Of a stretch of DNA of 64,000 nucleotides, positions 14,201 through 26,200 are shown one piece after another. Source of the stretch: Phoronis australis (taxonomy: Eukaryota; Animalia; Phoronida); assembly GCA_002633005.1 (NCBI GenBank), contig NMRA01000027.1, forward strand, positions 1,229,788 through 1,293,787, in the 5' to 3' direction. The number at the start of each line of letters is the position of its first letter. Position 1 is the first letter of the stretch. Made by a program: the position numbers and the translations under genes. A model generated the notes under the pieces. The model was given only the letters and a program-made list of their open reading frames with translations. It was not told the origin of the DNA and did no database searches.

Positions 14201-17200
14201 TGTCCCTCAGTGAGGTAATAACAGAGGCAGCTTTTTCCCTGCATGTTGGTCATCGCATTCTATTTTTGGTATTGGCTACATAATGTTGACATTACATGGT
14301 AACACATGCCCCAGCAGGCATCTGCTTATTACTAGTTCCTTGTTTACAAGCAAGTGCATGGTGGTTATGACTTTCAGTCAAGCTTAATATTCTAAAACTG
14401 ACATTTGGATGAAGTGATTTTTATTATTTTTCTATTCATTCTGAAATGTGTACAGTGCGGTATATATTACCTTTAATCATGTCTGAAACCGTGTATTCTT
14501 TATGAAATAACGTGGTATTTGGGCTTTTGTAACTTGAAAAAAACTACATTTTTATGTTTACAAACAAAATGATGTTTCCAGTTATATGGTGCAGGTGTCT
14601 TACGAATTTCAAGTGTTCTCGTCTTTGGATGGCTGTCAATTGAAATACTCTGTTTCTGTGTGAAAGGTTATAAGCTTATGCAACTGCATGCCCTTCTGGG
14701 TGTTTCACTTCCATTATATGCTATGATAAATGGACGTTTCATAATTATATATAGATATTTCCAGATTAGTTGAAGATGCCTTTTGGGTAAAAAAATGTTT
14801 AATTAACCTTTCTTCAATTGCGTAGAAGCATAATTGCTGAAATTGCAATTTTCCGGTTTTAATAGCTGATTGCAGTGTTTAAATGATGAGGATTATAACA
14901 AACAATTGTGTTGTAATTTCTGTATTGTAAATTGCTACTTTTCCTCAATGATTATTTTTGACGAGATATTTGACTAAGTGAAATTTCACATGTCTTCCAA
15001 ATTGTGTGTTAAATAGAAAAGTGTTTCAGGTCATCTCAATGCCTACATGTTCAGTCTGATCACTTTTCCCATATTCACTGCCGGTGGCGTCCACTACTGT
15101 TTCTCGACTAGGACTCACATGGCAGTGAGCAAAATTCAGTCGGTGGATGTGAAACGACCGTCTGTACTTCCAAACAATGGGTCATCCACGGGATCCTGTC
15201 TTTCAAATATTTTGTGTCCATTTTGATTTTAATTCGGACCTTTGAAATCTGGAATCGTTAAGACTTTACTCGTGGTTGACGAAACGTGTACGTGGCCAGA
15301 GTACAATGAGACAAATGTAACACCTGGGATTTTTACCAGTGGAAAGTAAAGTTAAGCAGAACACAAACAAGTGATTGCATTCGTTAAATCTTACTTTACA
15401 ACCTGTCAAAAAGTTGCGTCACTGTTCCATATAATCAGTTATGATTATGCGTCTTTTTTGATTGACTACATCTTGACACAAATATACTGCATGAAGGCAA
15501 CAATGCTGAGTACGTAGCGTACTCGCTTGAATTACTGACTCTTATATTAGGGAACCTAAATTCTGGGCAGGTATGGAAGTTTGGACACTTGTGCACGAGT
15601 CAAATAAAACATACCATGAGACTACATGTATTTTCTCACCTAAAAGTCTGACTGCTGTTAACCAATCGAGTTTTATATATTTTGAGAGATGGATTTTCTG
15701 TGAGACTGGCATTAGCAGATGCAGATGCTTTTAAGAAAGTCTCAGTCTCATAAATTGGGGATGGTCGTTAAGCCAAGCACCGACAAGTTTTTTGGGCGAG
15801 TTTTGATCTGGAGGAATACTAATACCTCCATGGAGGTGAACTGATGACCTGTTCTCGATGTATTCACTGACGTTATAAGGAGAACATTCCTCCCTAAAAA
15901 CCACCACTTGCTGAGAAATACGATATTTAGTTTCAATGGGCATTGTTAATTTGTATTATTTGTGTTCGTTTTTTGTTTTTCACCGCTGACGAATCACAAT
16001 AAAGCATGTTGTGATGCAATAAATTCCTTTCAAGCCCAACGTGATTCCTTAATTGATAAACCTGAACCCTTTTCATTCTGTATCGGTTTTTAGAGCCAAA
16101 TATTTTCTTAAAAATTATTTGAAAACAAATATGTTTTATAAATTTTTTGACTAGACCACGTTAGCTCAGGTGTCATTTTTGAAATACGTCTGTGACCCTT
16201 TCGATGTTTTAATGTTTTTAATCATTCCAGGTTAATGCTGCTGTGTCTAAACTTTCCCGTGAAGTTGAGAGCAGACGTCGTGTCGATGATAGTGATAGTA
16301 GCCGTGAGGGTACGCCTGTTTCACGAAAACATTCCCATGGTTATGCAACGGGACGGGATATCTCGGCTCTGGTCAAAAAGTTCTCTGATCCATCAAGCTC
16401 GGAAAAATCAGATGCGGATAGTCCAACTAATAAAAAGAGATTTGATTTTAAATTGGACAATGCACGGAGACGTCAGAAGGTCAACAGCCACCTCTTGACA
16501 AACAAGGAGGACTTTAGTGCAGGAAGTGAGGATTCGTCTCCCGAAAAAGGAGCCGTACGGGCCAAGGCTATTGGTCAACAGGGGTCACATTTTCGGAAGG
16601 CTTCTAAAGAGGAGGCCGAGAACACAGTAGCTGTTGATAAGGGTACAGATAACATGAAACTTGGAAGAAACACTGCTGTAGTAAGTGAAGAATTGGGACT
16701 GGTTGCTAAAACTGTTGATGTGGAAAAGAAATCTGCTCCGGCTGTTGTTGAAGAGGTTGACGTTGCTGAAAGTACATCATTGAGTTCGTGTGCTCCTGCT
16801 TTCAAGGAATCTGCTGAGCATCAGCAAAAAGAAACTAAGGCTCATAGTGTCAAGAGTAGTGTTGATGATTTGAGGAAAACTGAAGACACCAAACCTGGTA
16901 AAAAAGCCGGTGATAGAATTTTACTAAAAGAGGAAACACAGACAAAGAATTTGCTGACACGTGTGGATTACGTGCTCACAGACAGTGGTTCAGATTCTCG
17001 ACAACAGAAGCCAACTTCACTCTCTGGGGACGCTGTACAACCTACTCCCAAGTCAGTGGACTCCAATGCAAATTTGGTTCACAAAGAAATACAGCAGACA
17101 TCTGACAAGCCTTCTGCAGAGCTACACGATGTACTGAAAAGGCGAAGCCAGCATATTGAGGATCAAATTCATGGCGATGTTCCTTCAGAGCACGTGGACA

Positions 17201-20200
17201 AGAAAATTCAGGACAAACGTCCACGACCTAAAGCTGAGGCTGTCATAGCAGATAACCAGTTGTCAGAAATCTTGGATAGACGACGACGGGGAGAATCTCC
17301 TGTCAAACTTCCCACACGGCAGACAATTAAAGAAACTACTGAGAATCTCGTTGATGCAGAGCTGTCTGCAAAGTTGAAGTTCCGTAAAGAAAAGGCGGCT
17401 GGCCGGGACACTGTTGAAACGCGTCGTGGAATTGTGATGAAAACGTCTGCTGTTGATAAACAGGCATCAAGCTCGTCAGCTGACGATGAGTTATCAAATA
17501 AATTGAATGTTAGAAAGCAACGGTCTGAGGGAAAGTTGTTAACTGCAAGCCACGCGTCAAAGATCACAACCCCAATGGAGCTGAATTCAAAAAGTAAATT
17601 GACTGCATCTAGTTCAGTCGTTGCAGGTGATCACTCGACACCCATGGTCAAGCCTACATTAAAACATTCTGAACAGGATGTGGTTGAACGAAAAACTGTG
17701 CAACCTGTACTTAAACATAAAGATGAAAGCCGGAAACCGGAAGTTGCGCCGACGATATTAAAGAAAGCAGAGGAAGAAAACGTAGATAAGGTTTCAGTTG
17801 CACCTTCCTCCATATTGAAAAATAAGGATGAAAAAGAGACTGATTCAATAACAATGCCCCCTGCTATATTGAAACACACGAATGCCCCAGATCAAGAGAC
17901 GCAACCCACGTCAATTTTGAAAAGCAATTCGACATTCGACCAGCCAAGTGCTGATGTCAAACCTATCCTTAAGTCCAAAGACACGCCGTCCACCGAGGGT
18001 AACGTGACAAAACCGTCTCGACCAGTGCTGAAGAAGTCTCATTCTGAAGACTGCACGTCTGAAGTTGTGAGGTAAATGTTTCAAGGTGTTCATTTGTGTC
18101 TCTTCTTGCCTGACTGCATAGTTAATATCTTAGTTTGGTAAAATTTCTTCAATCCAGGTGAGTATAGAAGACGCTGGTTACCAACAAAGTTGTGAAGTGC
18201 CTCGAGTTTTTACCTGACTGTTCATTATCAAGTTATAAAATGTTTAGTGGTGGTGAGAAAGGGTTTTGTTGTGGATAAGTTTTACACTACATATTTGTGT
18301 GCGCAAGTCTGTGTTACAAGTTATATGACAAGTTTAGTTCTTACTTGTTTCCTTATTAGACAACCACTGGAACATTTGCTGTTTCTGTGATTTATTTCTC
18401 TCTCAGTTACAATTTTTTTTCTTTTTTTTCTGTAACAACACAGCCTGTATTTTGATTTCACACGGAGAATAAAAATCCATTCCATTGTGACTTTGTATAA
18501 TACTTTGTGGATTGTTATTTACCAGACGACCTGTAAAGCAGACGTCAGAAACAGAAGAGGATGCTGACAAGAGACTGTCTGTTGCTGATAGGATTCAGCT
18601 GATGCAACAGAAGATGAAGGAGGAGTCAACTCCAAAACCCAAATCACCAAGGACAAGGTTAGCAAGCCTCAGAGCTTTATTACCCTACTCAAGTATCATG
18701 AGTCCTTGCATGACCATGTTGGACCAATTGTGAGCGACTGGCTGCCTATTCTCTCCGTCATAATCTTGCAGAATGCACGCTCGTGCCATTTCACTTTACT
18801 TTTTATGACACTTGATATGAGCATTATTGTGTTTTTTCTTCACCACTATGCAGTTCAGGAAGGAGTTCGTACTGGGGGTTTCAATAGATCAGCCCATGGG
18901 CTTGTATTTGGAAAATGAAAATCTTCAGGCGTTTTAGCAGCACCAAATAAACGCTCGGGCGTTTATTCGGAAAGGGGTAGGTGTAAACGGAAAACCATAG
19001 TTTTGCTGACTTGACGTTCTTTAACTTAAAACTGCGTTTTTAATTTTTTGTGCTAGTAAATGCATAGTTCACCAACACCTTGTTTGTTTTCGTAAATGAT
19101 GAAGGCTCCACAAAATTGAATTTGTGACAAAAAGTTGACGTTGAGCGGGCTTTTAAAAGGAAAATTTACAAATAAATATCCCAATGTTTGGACACTTCAC
19201 ACCACAAGTTGTAACAACAAATAAACACCCGTGGGCGTGTATTCGGCATAATTTTCTGAATAACCGGCTTTGGGTGTTTCATGGGGCGGGCTTATCTATG
19301 AAAACCCCAGTAAGTGAGTTGATGATGAAAAAGTTGGTACACGCCTGGTAACAACCAGTTTACCTCAATTCTTGTTTTGCTGCTGTTCAAATTGCTGTCT
19401 GTTAAAGCCGCACATCGTGAACACGGTTTTGATTAGCTTGTAGTGAACAATTGTTTTAAATTGACTAAGTACAATCAATTCAACTGGACTTGGTTTGTTT
19501 AGCAATATTTGCCCGAAGCAATTGATGTTTTAATTCCTCTTTTTTAAGTGAAACGTGCTACTGCAAGGTTTTTCCATTTTTCAAGATTCATTTTGTTACC
19601 TTGTTAGCACAGTATTTTTGTATGGGAGAATATTATATTGTGCTGCCATCTATTAAGCATTTAAGAAGTTAGTGAAGTCGTGTTGTATGACAGCCTAGAA
19701 GGGAATTGTGTCATTTTATTTTAGTACAATTAGAATGTCTATTTAATTTAGATACCTGGTCGTGCTTTCAATCATTTTTGAAATTGGTTTTTGCATATTT
19801 ATTCGATTTGTTTGACTGTTATTGTTTTCAGGTAATTATCTTAACCATTGCCTGTAAATCAATATGTTTGTGACACGTTATCCAGTGGTGAAAACGAACC
19901 AGCTAATTAGAGGACTCGCCTCTATAGAATCAAGATAGAGATTTTACTTGTGCGTCTCTCAAATCTTTTTGTGGGATTTTGTTGAATTTATTGAAGACAA
20001 TGTGTGACATTTTCAAACGTATAGCTGCTACTGGGCTGTCCAAACTATGCTTGCATTGGTAAGTGAATGGATCATGTATAGGATATGTTCATGTGTTCAA
20101 ATATACATGACACTTAATGTCAAACTGAAGTCTGGAGAATTGAAGCATGATACATCGCACTTCTTAATTCTAAACGTCTGCTTAGGGCATTCTCATAATA

Positions 20201-23200
20201 TCAGCTGTGTTAAGCAGCTTTCGCGGTTTGTACATGTTATCTTGCGTAAGAGGCCATTTTCTAGATTTCTAGACTGAAACCGACGAAAACTGTCGAAAGC
20301 TCACTACATTTCAGGTGTTTCAGAATAACCCCTAGTAAGTAAATGTACTGGTGGCAGTTATCGTCGTTTTTATTGCAAAGTTACATGTGCAAGTTAGTTA
20401 CTGATAAAGAAGTCGAAAGACGCTGCTGTTTTGAGATTCGAGCCCTGTTTAACGCTAGTCAGCTTTTTGGGCTGTCTGAGTAGTGCGTGCACTCCCTTTC
20501 TGGTTGCAGGCCAGCCAGAGCCAAAGAGATCGATGATATGGTAGAGTCCCCATCCACACCACCGCCATCTAAATGGAAATCATTGGATGATGCACCCACT
20601 AAACGGAGACGGTTTCAGAGAAGTCGTAGTGATTGGCGCACCCGGACACTTCCTGTTACGGAGGAGGAGGTCAAAGAGGCGGACAGGTGAGTTGTTGTCT
20701 TTCCGTTGGGGCTCTTGATCAAATAGCGAATGTACACTTGAGAGTGTTGTCGAGTGGCTCCCTCTTGTAAAAGTGATAGTTCATCTACTGAAGGGGAAAG
20801 TACTTTTCTGTTACCTTCACATCAAACACCTGAAATCTTACAGGGATGTGAAATAATTCAGTTGACCAATCAAGTGTTATTGACCTTTGTCATCTTTCCA
20901 GTTGTTGTCACAGGTAAAGTTACCACTGACCATGGTTATGTTTAGATTGTGGAGGTGTTCAATTTGCTTGTGAAGAGATTGTGAAGATTAGAGTCCTCGA
21001 TATTAACTTTGATGTCTTCTTCTAGTAAAAACATTTGGTTGGTAAAAATATCAGCAGGGAATTCACATTAAGTGAGAATGTACCACCGAGATCATAGTAC
21101 AGCTGAGAAAATTGGAAGAGTTGACTTTTCATTACAAATGAAATTCGGACAGGCACAAAATCAGAACATTTGCTATTCAAACAGTCGTATAAATGTCTCA
21201 CAATAATAGTGATGTGTATGGTGTATGGATTGTTCATTTGCAGTATGCCTTTAATAACCAGGTGAAATAAAATAAAACTATCATGTTATGTTGACTTAAT
21301 TGGCATTGTGTACATACTTTTCATCAGAATAAATAACAAACAACATATCTCATTATGCAGCCTACAGACTGTGATGGCATTCCGTGCTGAGATACTGAAG
21401 AAGACGTCACTCAGCATGTTCCAACAGCAGGAGCTGGGCAAGACTCCGCCCAAGTACCCACCGGGAGCTAAGCTGGAGTACCCTCAGCATCTCGTACCCG
21501 AGAAGAAGACCCGTCGACGCAGGTTCTCTCGGGAGCGCCGTAAGGACCCCCGCTTCAAGACACTTCCTATCACGCAGGAAGAGTTTGGAGAGGCATCTGA
21601 GTTGACCATGCGTCCATTAGAAAAGACAGAGAGAAAGAAAGTCCCGTTGGAAAAGGAGGTGGTGGATAAGAAACCGTTGATTACAACTCCACCACCGAAA
21701 ATCGACATTCCTGCTGCTGGTGTTGTCACAGGAGAAGCGCCGCCATCGTTGGTGAGGAAATCTCCGAGGAGGTCACCGGTGCATATTGATCTTGACCTCG
21801 ATGACCCGGAATTCGAGAAGTACTTTGAGAAAAACTCAAAGGCTCTTGCTGAATTACAAGCCTTTGCAGATGAGCTGAGTATGCCATGGGGCGACCAATC
21901 AGTGGGCACTGTCACGTCGAAGGCGTCCAAGTTCAAACGAATCAATAAGGAGATTGAGAAGTCCGCCGCAGCATCAAAACCAAAGTCAGTGGGTGCTAAG
22001 CGTGTGCTGGACAAGGCACGCCGTGAGAGGTCGCGTACCCAGCCAATCACAGAGTGGGAGGTCAAGGCTGCGGGGAATATGGGAAAAACTGATTCGAGGG
22101 GTGCCAGCTCAGAGTCACTTCCCAAAACTGAGGTCGTACGACCCAAAAGGGAGGAGCCATCCTCTGACTCAGAAGAGGATGTGTCAAGGTTTGTGTTTTT
22201 TATCGAATCAGAGGAAGCCATTTCTTCTTGTGTAGGCAGAGAAGTAGTGCATAAAAAGGATTTATTCCATCAATCAATCAATGTGCATAGATGTTCGGTA
22301 TTGGGAGTAGTTTTGTCAGAACAAAGTTAACAATAATGAAGATCTTGCGATAATGCTTTGACAATAAGGTCACTGTCTACCTTCGTTACCAAAAATTTTT
22401 ATCAAAATAACTTTTCAATTATTAATAGTAAATCCAGAAAACTGTGTAATTATTTTTAAAATCCTTGGAAATCAAAGAATCTTATTTTGTGCATGAAAAC
22501 AATGTACAGAGGTTCGTTATCACATGACTGCTTTTTTGTAAAAAAATCATAATTTTCATAAAGATCGCCTTGTTTTCCACAAATTATTTTTTCTCTGAAA
22601 ACTTGGAATAGCTGTTTCTTTGTTTCATCAGTTACCCAACGGTGTGGGATCCGATGTCAAAAATCAAGACTTCTGTTTTTTTTTCAAAAATGTTGATGTC
22701 TTGATTTTTGACAGCAGATTTTTCGAGCTAAGAGGCCTTAAAAGGAAATCCCAGACATGGTTTTGTACCTATTAGAACTAAGAAACAGAATTTGCAACAT
22801 TCGAGCCAAAAATTAAATTTATGGAAAATTTGTGAAAAAATGTCGCGTAATCACAAATGTCTGAACATTGTTTTCATGCGCACAATAAGATTCTGTGATA
22901 CTCAATGATTTTAAAAATAGTTTTATAGGTTTATTTTTTATATTTCAAGTCATTAAAAAATCAAAAATTTGGTAATGAAGGTAAACAGTGACCCTAAACC
23001 TGAATTTTAAATTATGCGATGAAGAAATATTGCTTGATAAAAAGAAAAACATACTTGGGTCTCATGAACTTCATATGTTGCCATAGATACCTAGAACTTA
23101 ATGCTACTGGTATATGAATCCTTCAACAACTGAACTCTGAAATAGTGCGCTTTAGTACACATGATGAGCTATTATATTTTTTCCAGTTTACACGTTTATA

Positions 23201-26200
23201 AACCTATGTTCAATGGTATGTCCATGTATACTTTTGGAACCTCTGCAAAACACCTTTGTTTTCATGTATGACAACGATCTGTAAAGAACTTCAGTTTCGA
23301 AAATGCACGCAATTTACCTTTTGACTAAAGTAGTACATGGCGTATATTCTGCCTGTTTGTTTTAACTCTCCTACGTGCATGTTCATGACACTCTGCAGTT
23401 CCCTAGGGTTAATCCAATTTGTCTCTTTCTGTAGATGCTCTTATTTTTATGTTTGAATTTCCCAGTTTTGTTGCTTTTGGGTTATTACCAAGAAAATACT
23501 TAAGGCTGTTCTTTTGTCACTTGTTGCCCAATTTATCACTTTCATTTCTCAAACCTTTTTCAGTTCAGTCAAGTCAAAATCGCGAACTTCAAACTGGGTA
23601 AATCAAGTGGATCTTCACCTTGAAAACATTGAACTCCATTTTTCTTTGATTTTGTTGTGTGTAATTTGGAATGCTGACAAGCCGTATTAGAAAAAACATG
23701 ATTCCACTCTAAAACACGAACCAAACAGTTATTTCCAAATTTCAGGTCATGTTGAAAATAGATATCTCAAACTGTACTAAGTCAAAGTTGAAGTGACAAA
23801 TCAAGCAATGCACTCATCCCAGTGTGAAAATTGAATAAAATTAGAGGCTGACTCAAACTTGTACCATAAAATTTTGCTTATTTAGGACATAATGTGGGGG
23901 ACATGTACAATTCCGTAATTCTTTCTATTTTTCCCAAATGATAGTATCATCTAGTAAATGATTTATCATAATTTTCATGCCATAGCTTCATCACTCATTG
24001 AACCATAGCTTCATTACTCATCATACCATAGCTACATCACTTATCATACCATAGCTTCATCACTCATCATACCGTAGCTTCGTCACTCATCATACCGTAG
24101 CTTCGTCACTCATCATACCGTAGCTTCGTCACTCATCATACCGTAGCTTCGTCACTCATCATGCCGTAGCTTCGTCACTCATCATGCCGTAGCTTCGTCA
24201 CTCATCATGCCGTAGCTTCGTCACTCATCATGCCGTAGCTTCGTCACTCATCATGCCGTAGCTTCGTCACTCATCNNNNNNNNNNNNNNNNNNNNNNNNN
24301 NNNNNNNNNNNNNNNNNNNNNNNNNNNNNNNNNNNNNNNNNNNNNNNNNNNNNNNNNNNNNNNNNNNNNNNNNNNNNNNNNNNNNNNNNNNNNNNNNNNN
24401 NNNNNNNNNNNNNNNNNNNNNNNNNNNNNNNNNNNNNNNNNNNNNNNNNNNNNNNNNNNNNNNNNNNNNNNNNNNNNNNNNNNNNNNNNNNNNNNNNNNN
24501 NNNNNNNNNNNNNNNNNNNNNNNNNNNNNNNNNNNNNNNNNNNNNNNNNNNNNNNNNNNNNNNNNNNNNNNNNNNNNNNNNNNNNNNNNNNNNNNNNNNN
24601 NNNNNNNNNNNNNNNNNNNNNNNNNNNNNNNNNNNNNNNNNNNNNNNNNNNNNNNNNNNNNNNNNNNNNNNNNNNNNNNNNNNNNNNNNNNNNNNNNNNN
24701 NNNNNNNNNNNNNNNNNNNNNNNNNNNNNNNNNNNNNNNNNNNNNNNNNNNNNNNNNNNNNNNNNNNNNNNNNNNNNNNNNNNNNNNNNNNNNNNNNNNN
24801 NNNNNNNNNNNNNNNNNNNNNNNNNNNNNNNNNNNNNNNNNNNNNNNNNNNNNNNNNNNNNNNNNNNNNNNNNNNNNNNNNNNNNNNNNNNNNNNNNNNN
24901 NNNNNNNNNNNNNNNNNNNNNNNNNNNNNNNNNNNNNNNNNNNNNNNNNNNNNNNNNNNNNNNNNNNNNNNNNNNNNNNNNNNNNNNNNNNNNNNNNNNN
25001 NNNNNNNNNNNNNNNNNNNNNNNNNNNNNNNNNNNNNNNNNNNNNNNNNNNNNNNNNNNNNNNNNNNNNNNNNNNNNNNNNNNNNNNNNNNNNNNNNNNN
25101 NNNNNNNNNNNNGCTTCGTCACTCATCGTGCCGTGGCTTCGTCACTCATCGTGCCGTGGCTTCGTCACTCATCGTGCCGTGGCTTCGTCACTCATCGTGC
25201 CGTGGCTTCGTCACTCATCGTGCCGTGGCTTCGTCACTCATCGTGCCGTGGCTTCGTCACTCATCGTGCCGTGGCTTCGTCACTCATCGTGCCGTGGCTT
25301 CGTCACTCATCGTGCCGTGGCTTCGTCACTCATCGTGCCGTGGCTTCGTCACTCATCGTGCCGTGGCTTCGTCACTCATCGTGCCGTGGCTTCGTCACTC
25401 ATCGTGCCGTGGCTTCGTCACTCATCGTGCCGTGGCTTCGTCACTCATCGTGCCGTGGCTTCGTCACTCATCGTGCCGTGGCTTCGTCACTCATCATACG
25501 GTAGCTACGTCACTCATCATACGGTAGCTACGTCACTCATCATAGCATAGCTACATCAAATGTGGTAAGACTTTAAAAAATTAAAAAAGTCAGATTTGTA
25601 AACTTTGTTGGAAATTGGTGAGACATAAGTGCATGAAAACTTCGGATTGGATTCCACCCCAACACACGAACCAAAACAAAAATTTGTTGAAAGATAACAT
25701 GGTATGTAGCTTGAAATATGTCACTGCTTGCAAACTTGGTAATTTGCTCGTCTTTTAGTTTTGTGCACAACTCGGAGAACGACATCTCAAGGTGGGTGAC
25801 TCAGAGCATCGCATGCTGTGTGGCAGTTATCTATGGTTTTATTCGATCAGTTTGCTTTGGGTTTGGTTTTGGTTTCATTTTTATACTAGACAGTACAAAG
25901 TTTAAACATCGTGCTAGACTTCTCACTCTTCTTTTTCTCATTGTGGAAAGTGCTGTTTATCAACACTGTCGCCAGCGGTGTTTTTAAGTTTGAGTTATTT
26001 TGTGATGAAAAGTGCTCACGACATTTTTAATGCACTGCAATTTATGAACTATTTTTCTGTGATCTCATTTCAGACTAAGCCTGTCTGAGAAGATGAAGCT
26101 ATTCCAGCAGAAGTCTGAAGACAAGGCCCCACCCCCCAGGGCTGAGGCCCCGGTTGTAAGGCGGAGGAAAGGAAGGCAGACATCCAGGTTCAAAACTCAG

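Noticed and set aside
15030-15945. Coding-like patches and short minus-strand ORFs
   Set aside because: Stops in every frame, no recognisable motif and no consistent splice signals.
16575-18093. Several minus-strand ORFs
   Set aside because: Shadows of the large + strand exon.
21484-22221. 245-aa antisense ORF
   Set aside because: Codon-register mirror of the SVIL exon; Ser/Phe/Leu-rich with no independent signals.
24251-25550. Long X-containing and repetitive ORFs; possible CRISPR
   Set aside because: Artefacts of the N gap and the 23-bp tandem repeat; no spacers, no cas genes, eukaryotic intron.
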